Source: Lenisia limosa
Taxonomy: Eukaryota > Protista > Breviatea
Assembly: GCA_001655205.1 (NCBI GenBank)
Contig: LPNZ01007335.1
Span: 1 to 64,000 of the forward strand
Direction: 5' to 3'
DNA: 64,000 nt
Shown: positions 47,916 to 58,910 of the stretch, piece after piece
How positions within the stretch are numbered: the stretch's first letter is position 1
How the letters are laid out: each line of letters opens with the position of its first letter
The notes under the pieces: model-generated
What the model saw: only the letters and a program-made list of their open reading frames with translations
Database searches by the model: none
What the model was told of the DNA's origin: nothing
Position numbers and translations under genes: made by a program

Positions 47916-50509
47916 ATGGTGCTTGTCCCAAAAAAGAAGAAACTTCTGAAGAAGAGTAAGCTCCCTCTCCAAGTTTTTGTCCATGTTTTTAACTTATTTT
48001 TAGAACTTAGTAACAATTCCGCTGCGAAACAGAAGCCTACCGCTGGAGCACCCGCCTCCAAAAAGGTCGTTCCAACTCCTCAAAAGAAGAAGGCGGCTCC
48101 TCTTCCTAAAAGTGAAAAGCCTCTCGGCAAACCAATTGAAAAGCCTACAGCATTTAGTGGAATATCATTGCTGAGGGGTATCAAGGCCAAAGCTCTTGTT
48201 GAAGAAAAGGACATCCAGTTCGACAGTGAGGATGAAGACAGTTCTTCTGGGTATGTTACGGATTACCTCGATTGTCTATCCCCCTTTTCGTGTTTTTTTT
48301 TACCAACATCTCACCTCTCAAGGCCTCTCATTTCTTTTCAAAAATCATTGCTTCTTGTTCTCTCGTAAAGTCCTTGTTTCACCTCCCAGGAGTGAGGTTG
48401 AGATTGAAGAGGAGATAGAAGTGACAGATAGCGAAGAGGAGGAAGAGGAGGACAGATGGGAGGATGAGGTTGAGGAACTTGTGGAAACTCAAACCATCGA
48501 AATGAAGAAGGTGAGTTTGTGTTTCTTTTTTTTTTTNNNNNNNNNNNNNNNNNNNNNNNNNNNNNNNNNNNNNNNNNNNNNNNNNNNNNNNNNNNNNNNN
48601 NTTGATGCATTTAGTTGCTTGTTGAAATCAAGGAAGCCCTTCACAAGACCCGCCAAAACATCGTATCCATGCAAAACGAGTGGGTGCTCTTGCATTAAAA
48701 AACAAAGCTTACAAACGATTTTTAGAGCTGACAAAGGAAACTATGAAGGCATTCAAGGTATCACACATTTGGATGTTAAGGTTCGATTTTGTACTGATAA
48801 CGAGCTTATCTTTTACTGCTCTCATTTTTGTAGAACCATGTCTTGATTTCCTACCTGACAAGTTTGACACAATTCATTCTCTGTAAACTGAAGGTGGGAG
48901 CATGTGAAATGTATGTACTATTTTTCATTTTTTGCTCATGTTTTAGGGTGAAAAAATTGAGGACAGTGAAGTTGTCGATATTTTGGTGAGAGTTATTCTT
49001 TTTTATTCTTTTTCTTAATTCCGTTTTGTTCTTTCTCCGCTATATAGGAAGGCTCGCAGAAAGCTGTATGGCCAGAGTTGTCAGGCAAATTACTGGGAGA
49101 ATTTAATATTTATTGTAATCCAGTGTTTCTTATAAGTGTGATGGTTTGGACGGCTCCTACCAGATAATACACCCATTTTTTTATTTCCCAGATCTACATA
49201 GTCTTTACATAAAAATTATCCCAATATTGGAATAATTATTTACAGATCCGTGATCGTGTTACTTTGGAGAAACTTCGCCCCATTGACACCAAACTTAAGT
49301 ACCAGGTGGGATATTGAGAGGACAATAGAGAAACCAGGTGGCTGGTTTGTATTATTACTTTAACAGGTGGAGGGTTAGGCTCCCAGCTTAGACTGTTTTC
49401 ATGGTTTTAGATTGAAAAATTGCTTCGAATCTCTAAAGCTGGAGTGTCAACTGGTGCTGGTGGGGGGGAATATTGATGAATTGGACTTATCTAGATTTGA
49501 AAAATAGTATTATCTCTTTTTTTTTTTAACTAAATCGCACCAAGTTGTTTAATTTACATCTCTACCTGCCTTGTGTAATGTTCGATGACCGTGAAGATGG
49601 TACGCAATTTGCACCGCGTCCAGAAGACCTGGTGTCAAAGATGGAAGATGATGCTGAGGATGATGAAGAAAAGACTGGAGAAAAGGCCGTGTACAAGGCA
49701 CCGAGACTTAGAAGTGCCCACTTTGATGACGCTAGTGGTTTGTGGTGACGTCATCTTGCTGATATTCGTGATAAAACCCTGCCTCATATTTGTAGAAATG
49801 CAGAAGGCAATCAAGGAAGAAGAAAGGCTCAGGAAGAAAGCAGCAAAGTCTCAACTTGTCAAGGATGTAAGCACAATTCTTTACAATGCTCACCAACACG
49901 ATTTGATGTTTGACTGTTTCAGGTTCAATCTGAGTTTACTAATAGGCCTGAAGAATCCGCAGTTATTGGTGGTCAATTGGGTGAGGAGGCCTCGTCATCA
50001 TTTCCTCTCCGTTTCATGCCCCATCTCAGCTGGAGTGGTGTTTATTGACGTTTAAATACTACTTTGCTTGTGTTGTTTTACTTTGCAGAAAAGAACGTGA
50101 AAGGTCGTTACAAGAAGCTTCTGGAGGAGCAGAAAGAGCGACAACAGCATGAAGAGGACTACTTTATTAGGTATTTATTTTGAAGGCAATTGATACTAAA
50201 TTCAGCCTTATTAATTCTTCAGATTGGCTACATCAAAGAAGAAACAGAAGCAGCTCAAGCATGCCCATACCCATGCTTATGAAAGCCTTCATGACCTTGT
50301 GAGTGCACTTTTCCTGGAGACTTACTTTTTAGACAAACTTCTCTGGGTTTGGTGCACTCAATGACCACAAGGACAAAAAGTCAAAAGCCTCCCTCCTCAG
50401 GCAGCAGGATGTGTCAAGAAATGAGGACTTCAAGGGTGAAGGCAAGAAGAAGAGGTGCACTCGATGGTCCTCATCTTTCCCAGTTGTAATCAACTCACAC
50501 CTCACATAA
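47916..50509 (+). CDS. NGDN: Lcp5/neuroguidin (Sas10/Utp3/C1D family, SSU processome) with a Lys-rich and acidic N-terminal extension; 3' end approximate
   Basis: KNHVLISYLTSLTQFILCKLK|GEKIEDSEVVDIL|IRDRVTLEKLRPIDTKLKYQ|IEKLL, APRPEDLV, VYKAPRL, EEDYFIRL. Confidence 0.88.
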
Positions 50510-51097
50510 TATATAGTATCGATACATATACAGTATATATATATATGCTATACAATGAAATGATTGCTTGGGGTGATCGTCAATTTATATAATTTTCCTA
50601 CTTTTTTAAAAAGTAGGTTTTTCTTTTCCCCCTGACCCCATACCCCCATACCTCATTATGTATATATTCTGTATATATTTGTGGGGTCTCTGGCGAGACT
50701 CCCTCCATAGGAAAACTCTTACATAATAACACTATATCGATAATCATAAATATTTGACGACTACCCGAGTGTTTTTTTGTGACATTGATTTGAATTGAGG
50801 GGAAGTATTGTTTTCTCTTCTCACTCCCTAGGCGACGCAGGTAGAATGTTTTGGTTATTTAGAATGTATTTTTGGCATGGTCTTATCATGGACTTTCCTG
50901 CCCTTGTTTTATTCTGGTTTTTTGTTGCCCAAAACTGGAAGGGAACACGGTGCCCCGGTGCGGCCTGAGAGGAAGAAAAAAAAAGTAAAAAAAAATTAAC
51001 CACTTATCAATCACCTTGACTGAACCAACCCCAACATTGTTGAGAACGTTAGAGACTTAAATTAAAAATCACAGTTGGTAGCAACAGAAAGATCACA

Positions 51098-52886
51098 ATG
51101 AACCTAACACCAGCGAATGCTCCGAAAACGCTGTCCAGCCGGATATCCACCATGAAGGTTGGTCTTGTTTACAGTAATGGAGTTTATCAAGCCAGTTTAT
51201 GCAAAGGGGCAGTGAAAGGAAGAACCTCAGTGCCATCAAAAAGGCTGTAGCTCCAAAACCTGCTGCCCCCACACCTCCCCCGTCAGCTTTAGAGCAGTTC
51301 GCAACAAAGTTGGTAGTTTAGGGGCCATTCAGCCTCACGTTATTTCCTTTCCTCGTGCTCACTTGATTACTAAGGTTTATTGGAATATTTGCGTTTTTTG
51401 GCTTGACAAGAGCTTTCTATTTAAAAATGTATGTAACATAAGGTTATTTTATGGAACAGTTTACATTTAACTTTAAAATCCTCATCACCCTTCTCAATGG
51501 ATTCAAGCTGTTATATTTACCTGCCCCCAGGATTGTTGTTGATCGGTCCTTTACTATCTGCTCAGCAAGAGGGGCGCATAAGGTGACAAGAAAGTCTTTT
51601 GGAAACTTCAACCCCAAGGTAACTCTCAACTTCTTTGATAAGTTTACTTTCTTTTGGTTTGATTTGTGTAGACTGAAGAGTTAGAGAAATTACACGATGA
51701 GACAAAGTAAGCTCTGTTATTTATTCTTTTGTTATTGGCATAGTATTGTTCATTGACCCTTAAAGTATGGCCATCCATGCAATAGAACAGGAGAAGAAGG
51801 AAAAGATGTCCGAAGAGGAAATGACCGAGTACTACCTCTCCATGAAGAAGGCGGCTCCGATTCCAGTGGAGGTGAGATAAGTTTCAAAATTATATTTTGA
51901 ATACATTAGGGGCAAATAAGGTGTAACAAAATGCCAATGATATGTTCACACATACCCAGAAGTGATATGATCATATGATCAACTTTCGAGTGAAAATGAT
52001 GAATGAAGATAGCACGAGAGTGTATCAGTGTATCATTGAGACTTGTTGGCAATTATCATGCAAGTGGATGGTATCATATCACTACATGGAAAACGATAGT
52101 TCATGTGAAAATGACACAAAAGTGATATAGTCCCTCAATAATTCAAGTTTGAAAGGATTCAGTTGATGACTTTTGTTTCACAATTCCCCAGGAACCCGCT
52201 AAGACTGAGTCAAATGAAACAGAAACGAAGCCGATCCCTAAGGGTTTGGGGAGGGTTATTGTAAAGCTTTTCAAACTACATAGTATAGCCTAATATATAA
52301 TTTTGTGTAATAGATCATCATTTCTGTCAATTCATGTAGGAATTAAAAAAAAATACCATCAAACACAATGTTATAAAAAATTTTAGTTAAAAAGAGATAT
52401 GTCACCAACCAGTCCATCTTTGTTGACATCAACAAATGCTCAAAAAGCGATTAGTAATCTTGTTTGCTCCACTCAAATGTAACATTTTTAAAATGTGCAA
52501 TGCTACTACAGTCATGACAGATTAAAACTGAATTATTTGAGCAGTCCACAGACATTTAGTATTTCTTTTGTCCAGGAGTTGTTGAAATAATAATATCTGA
52601 GAGGCGGTGGTCATGGAAGTACAGGTGTTTTTTGAGCCCTTGAAATAGCCTTATAATTCTTTCTCTTTGAATTGGCTTACTATTGTTGTTGTTTTTTTTG
52701 TTTTTTGACGTTTCTGATTTATTTTTAGACAAGTCTCAAATGACCGAAAAGGAGAGAGAGTTGCTGAAGATGAGAAGGAAAGCAAACAAAGCTGAGAAGA
52801 AAAAGAGAGAAAAGCATCGCAAGAATAACGAACGTCAAATCACATCAATCTCTTCAGCGACAAAAGAGAGAAGATGGAATAAGTAA
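51098..52886 (+). CDS. MPHOSPH6: M-phase phosphoprotein 6 / Mpp6 (nuclear exosome cofactor)
   Basis: LSSRISTMK|FMQR and RKSFGNFNPK|TEELEKL..MSEEEM correspond to the conserved MKFMQR and RMSFxGFNP motifs; Lys-rich C-terminus. Confidence 0.85.
51961..52130 (+). repeat. Dispersed ~170-200 bp intronic repeat, copy A (possible non-autonomous element)
   Basis: Shares GTATCATTGAGACTTG, CAATTATCAT, AGTGGATG, GAAAAxGATAGTTCA, TGTGAAAATxACxCAAAA and TGATATAGT in the same order with 55062-55270. Confidence 0.75.
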
Positions 52887-53137
52887 GACTCTTTTCGTCT
52901 ACATGTCCTTGCCGGCTGCGAATCAAGGAAGTTCAAATGTTCTGAACGTTATCCTCTATTTTTTTTTAGTTATTGTTATGCATTTATGGTTCCGCAACGG
53001 TCGATTCACAAGTTTTGCTGACAGCCACAGTGATATGTTAGAAATATACATAGCTAATTAAAAAAATGATACATCATGGCAATAAAGTACACCAACCAAG
53101 AAACAATAAACCAGAGAGAAGAACAAAGTAATCATTT

Positions 53138-56100
53138 TCACTGTGACGGTTGGCATGGACTAAGACCAACATCATCACCTGCAACAGTGGAACTGCTGTC
53201 ATTGGCTTCTTCTTTTAAGCCGTTCCTCTCAGGACTCTCGTCAAGAGAAAGGTGACGCGCTTGCCGTCCATCCAAATATGTCATGTGCTGGCAACCGGTT
53301 TCCGACCTAGACCATCACTCAAAACAAGGTTAAGATCATGACCACCTTTCCAGTTTTGCTGGGAAAGACCAAAGGTCGATGTTTGGAGGAGGCTCCTGGG
53401 TGAGGAATACCGACAGCGATGAAATGTGCACAACATGAACGAGGGGGGCTATGAGGTGAGATAATGACAAATAAAGCTGAGGTTTAGCTTACCAAGTTCT
53501 TTGACTTTCTTCGCCCACTCGGCAGTCTAAATAACATGAAATACATGGATAAAAGCAGGATACAACATCAGTTGGACTCTCACCTGAAAGAATGACCCAA
53601 TATTATGTGGGTCAGCTTCACTCGGCAGCGAAATAAGAACAAGCGTAATGCTCTGAATAAATGAGCTTCAAATGTATCGTTTGAAACACCATGGGAACAT
53701 AAAAACCCGGCCACCTCAAGAACTTCATTAGAAGGCAGTGAGTCGATGTTAAGCGGAACAACTATCGCTCCACACTAAAAGAAATCACAACTTTGAATTC
53801 GATAAAGCGTTGTAGCAGCACATACCGCCAGAAGCAGTCGATGGAAGGCCAAGGGCCGGATGCAGTCAGAAGCACTCGAACTATCCACAAGTCCCACCTT
53901 GACTCATCAGAATTAACAATCAAAGAAAAGCCAACAAAGCAATGGTGTAACCCAACATACCCTCCACCCTGCGAAAGCGCTCCGAACAGGAGTCATGCTT
54001 TCAGACACAGTGACAGCGTGTCCGTTATAAATGAATTCCTACAATTTCAATGGAATTTGGTGTGATTTTTAACACCCTTCAATATCCCGCAGATTTCGAA
54101 ATAGAACTCCCTAACCTCATCTCGTTTCGGCTTGTCTGAAGATGTGGAGTGGTGAGGAACAATGGGGAATGTAGCTGCTTTCGACTACAGGGTTAAAGGA
54201 AATGCCATCAAAAACCTTATGCGTTCAGCCTACTTTGTAATGGGACCAGCAAGGGCATGGTGGTGCATGTGATGAAGGAACAGGACCGGGCCGGGCTAGA
54301 TTCGAAATGGCTCTGATTGACTCTTGCTGCTGCGGGCTGAGGCATGACGACGGGTCCGGCTGCTGCTTGGAGCCCGGGTCGGTAGGGGGGGATACAGAGG
54401 GCGATGGGGATGACAGGACGGGAGAAGGATTGGGTGGGAGGTCAGGAAGTTCAACTTCCTTCATCTCTTTTATGGTGTCAGTTGTTTCAAGAACGGACAG
54501 TAATGTGGTAGGGACAGACACGACATTTGACAGGGCCGGGGACATGGTGCTACTGGGTGGTGGAGACGTAAAGCCGTTAGACACCATGCTTTGCGAGGTA
54601 AAGCCGCAGAGGCCACTGGTTTTGAGATAGGGCGTAGTGTCCATGAGTGGGGCAGTTGTCTGCGCTACAGGTCGGTTTAGAATCTGCTGCCACCTCTTCG
54701 GAGCTGCAATCAGCGCTGACTACAACATTGTCATTCCAAATAGAAAAGCCATTGAATTAATGCAACCTGGTCTAAAAGTGAGAAAACTTCAAAGCCACAG
54801 GAAGCAATCCCTCAATAGAAAACCCAATAATGGACCACAAAAACCCAATAATGGACCACGGATCATACCTGAGAAGGAGTGAGCTTCCTTATCGCGTTTG
54901 GATGCAGGTTATTGAGGGACCACTCTGAATGTTAATTTGTGTTACTCAACTCAACTTTTTTTGTCCTACCATATGGGCCAGGGGGGAGAAATTTTCGAGC
55001 CAAAAGACAAGCTTGAACATAATTCTGAATAGTTGAGCGATATTCTAAGCTTGCATCAGAAAGTGATATTTTGTCACATAATCACTAGTGCGTGATGACC
55101 GACATTCAAGTCGAAATGAAGAACAATGAAGGTACATCCCAAGGTATCCTAGTATCATTGAGACTTGCCGGTCAATTATCATACGAGTGGATGAGGTATC
55201 GGAATACTGTCAGGAAAATGATAGTTCACACGTGTGAAAATAACCCAAAATGTACCGGTATGATATAGTAATAGTATAAAATATATCAATATAGCTACAT
55301 GTTTATTATAGTATAATATATCATATGATATGTTGGAGTAATACTACATCACATTGATGAACAATGATAGGAAGGAGAAAGGGGTCATTAAAATGAATTT
55401 TTAAAAGTTGACTATTTTTGCAATATCCCAATTTAGAGACGCATAGTATTTCGCTCCAAGCGTTATTGATGTGAAATAATAATCATTACTCCACTCACTG
55501 TTCTCAGGACCGGACGGCCCAAAGCAACACTTCCAATAAACTTCTCAGAAAGTCTGACTCGATCTGAAATATTAACCGAATCTGCACCACTATAACCAAC
55601 CGATGATGAGATGTGTACAACGAGGGTCGAACGCATTGGTGTCTATCACGTGCCCGCCAAGCTCTTCAATTCCTTGAACATAAGATGACTGGTCAATGTC
55701 ATACTACGATGGCATGTCATTCTTCTCAATAATACTATTTTAACTATTACATATCGATATTCTGTAAGTATTGATTGTGTGTCCATGCTCAAGGTCTTGA
55801 AGGCTGATGCTGAGTCAATGCCAACCTTTCATTAATTCCTGGCGTTTGGCTCGCACAACACCGGTGAGTTGAAATCGATATATTGCCGGGTTGATTTCTC
55901 CAGAATCCGATACAGCTGAGGTGGTGAAAAAGTGGTTGAAAGCAAGTTTAGACAATACAAATTACATACGGGAAATAGAAGAGAAACCGTCCAGGACCAT
56001 CAAATTGTCTCGCCAATCTAAAACGTTAGCCATATTGTCACATCCGTTCCAATTAATACTACTCACGAGAACTGATTTCAGTCTTTATGGACTCCGTGTC

Positions 56101-58657
56101 ACTGAAGTTTGAGGACGATGAGAGCAATTCCAATGATTCACTTCGAGATTTCTTGTTCAGCCCGACTGCCAAGGGCATCCGCCTCTTGAGGTTCTTTAAA
56201 CTCTTTCGAGTGGCTTCAATAGAAGTCATGGAGCGCGAGACACAAAGAAGCCAATCAGTCTTATGATGACGCCATTGCGCTCCATGCGTGGCTACGGTCA
56301 CGTGAGACGGTACAATGTGGATGGAGGGATCTGGCTTTGCTTTGTCACTTTCAATCCTGCGGAACCATCTAACATAGCGTTGCAAGTAGTGACTGATCGC
56401 AGTAATGTCATTATCGTCTTGGCCTCCAATAAGAATGTCACTTTCCCCATCTTGTTCGGTTCCCGCGTTCCCTTTAGAAGAGAATTGGGCGCAGCATTTG
56501 GCGTCAGGGGGCGTCCACATGCTCTCGCAAAGGGGGCAGATGGGGGCAACAAGAGAAGTGTTGTGTACAGAACGTGTGTTCAGCGGGCTTGGCGGAATAT
56601 GAATTGCATCATCAGGCTGGATCACCTCCGGTTCCTCAAGGTCAGAGTCGTCCGAATCCTCGTCAGAACTCTCCTATAATGCCATGAATCAAGGGGGGCA
56701 GAAGTTACTCAAAAACCAACTCACATGAAAGCTCTGGGGGAGGACTTCAGCGTGGGTAGCAGAGTTGATAAGATGGACATCATTCATTTTGTGGGAAGTG
56801 ACTAGGGGTGAGGGGGATGCTGTGGATGGAGGAGTTCCAGCATGTACAGGGACTGGCTTGATGTTGGTTGAAAGCTGCGTATGGAACTAAAGGATGATTA
56901 AAAATTGTACGCTTCTCTACTAAAAACAATACAAAGGACCACTTCCCACCGCTTCACTTTCAGGCCAAATTTTGATCAGAAATTTAGCAGCTTGGGTTTT
57001 GTGATGGCATATGTACCAAAGTTTAACAAGTCCTTTCTGCTTCTTCTTACTCAACAATTGAGGGTTTGCTCCAGCAAAGATGAGGAGAGTTAAGACTCCA
57101 TAGAACTTCAAATGAACCTGGCGGTAAGAGTTTACTATTGGTGCATCCTTCAAACACTTAGACCCAGCATACTGCTGCTTTCAGAGGCCTTCCATTTTGA
57201 GAATTTGGATCGCATCCATGTCTAATGTCAATTAGTTTCATACAAAAAAAAACGCATAGCAGAAACACACCTGAGTAAACAGTCGACAACCGCGGTTCTT
57301 CCGAAACAGCATGCAAGACTGAGAGCCTCTGACCCAACGTCCAAAGGGTTTCCACCTGCCGGTCAAAAGAAAACTAGTTTTTACTAATGAACACAACCAG
57401 CAGCTTCTCACCTGAATGTGACAGATAATGGACAGCTCTAGTGTGTCCGCTTCTAGCGGCCCACCGAATGGCTATGTTTTGCAGCTTCATCGTGAGTATC
57501 AACAAACCCATGAAAAGTCCCAATAATTGCAATCTGATACAAAGAAAAGTTACCCACTGAGGATACTCGACTTCCTTGCTCCACAAGATACTGTACAACA
57601 TCAAGGTGTCCTTTCTCAGCACTCCTGAACAGCATGAGCGAGACCCATGCTCTCAAACCTTCTTAAGGCTTGCGACACTCGAGCACCTATATCGGCTCCT
57701 TTGGATAGCAGATACTTAACAACCTCTAAATGTCCACGACGCGCTGCCCACTATGCGGTCAAATCAGTTTTTTGCGAGTTTAAAAAGCCAAAGAACAGCC
57801 TAAAAAAAACCCCACTCTGAATGCATGGTCTGCGTGAACTCTTTGGTTACCACCTTTTTCAACTAGAAGCTTCAAGACCTATTGCATAAGTGAAGGTAAC
57901 AAAATGTTAATGGAGTCACATCTGCAGCGCATGCTCAATACCTCAAGATGTCCATTTTGCGCTGCTTCACAAACCGCATTATCGTTTCCGACCTGGGGGC
58001 TGAAGCCGGCCTACACAATGACCTCCAAACAGTAATGTATAATAATACCTCCAGTAGCATTGACACGACAGTGAGATGGCCATTGGAAACAGCGCCGAGA
58101 AGAGGGTGCAGAGTGGTGTGCTTGGGTAGTGGGACTAAAAACGTTAGCACCTTCCTAAGAGGTTCATCATACAATAAATATGAATGTAGATATGAAACTA
58201 ACATGTGAGGAGGAACTCGACCACTTCCGAACTGCCAAAGAAAGAGGCCCATTGAAGAGCAGTCTTGCCGCCAAGGTCAACCTCGTTAATTTTCAGCCCC
58301 TTTTCTCCAAGGGTGTCAACAAGCATGCTGACACAGGCGACATGATTGTATTCGCAAGAAAGACACAATGCGTCCTGCACTGAATTGAAACTGGCTTTCG
58401 CAATGGCAAGGTACACGTTTAGTACTTTGGTAAAGCCATTGGACGCTGCCCAAACAACGGGATCAGGCTGGATGGCTGTGGCTCGGAATCGAAGGAAAAG
58501 CGGCATAAGTGTATGTGGCACATGACTAAGTGGGTAGGGCCTCCTGAGGCTGGCCACCTTTTGCAGCGCAAAGTGGAGGAGGGACGGGCATGGTGGTGGG
58601 AGAAGAGACATTAGGCCAGAACTAACTATTATCAATCATTATTCGCGGTGGGCTCAT
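53138..58657 (-). CDS. Ankyrin-repeat protein with C-terminal TopBP1-BRCT7/8 (SLF1-like) tandem BRCT domains; start codon approximate
   Basis: Ankyrin repeats (VVWAASNGFTKV, DLGGKTALQWASFFGSSEVVEFLL, LHPLLGAVSNGHLTVVSMLLE). BRCT1: YRFQLTGVVRAKRQELMK|GIEELGGHVIDTNAFDPRCTHLII|DRVRLSEKFIGSVALGRPVLRT|NYVQACLLARKFLPPGPY|EW..APKRWQQIL. BRCT2: SAFAGWR|VGLVD..FHRLLLA|CGAIVV..ITLVLI. Confidence 0.8.
55062..55270 (+). repeat. Dispersed intronic repeat, copy B (antisense to its host gene)
   Basis: Collinear shared blocks with 51961-52130; lies in a ~450-nt intron of the ankyrin-BRCT gene. Confidence 0.75.
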
Positions 58658-58910
58658 GCCTATTCAATGAGGAGGTCTTCACAGGCTTCGGGGCAGAAGC
58701 AGAAAAACAACAAAGGTTCGAGTTTGACAAAGGCTAGATTCGCCCGCTGCTATATATTGAAATAATTAATAGGTGTGATAGGTGGGTGGTGGCTGGGGAG
58801 GAGCTTTTGTGGGTGTGGGGAATAGCAGGGCCGAAGATCTAGAACCCCCATGCCACTTTAAAAATGTTTTTGATTGAAAAGTTGTGTTATCATTCCTTTT
58901 TACATTATTT

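Noticed and set aside
53138-53990. Flavodoxin-like domain
   Set aside because: The preceding AFAGWRV and upstream APKRW identify it as the second BRCT of a TopBP1/SLF1-type pair; there is no FMN-binding loop.
54801-54859. 21-nt direct repeat AAACCCAATAATGGACCAC x2
   Set aside because: A simple two-copy duplication inside an intron that does not include the donor site; no further structure.
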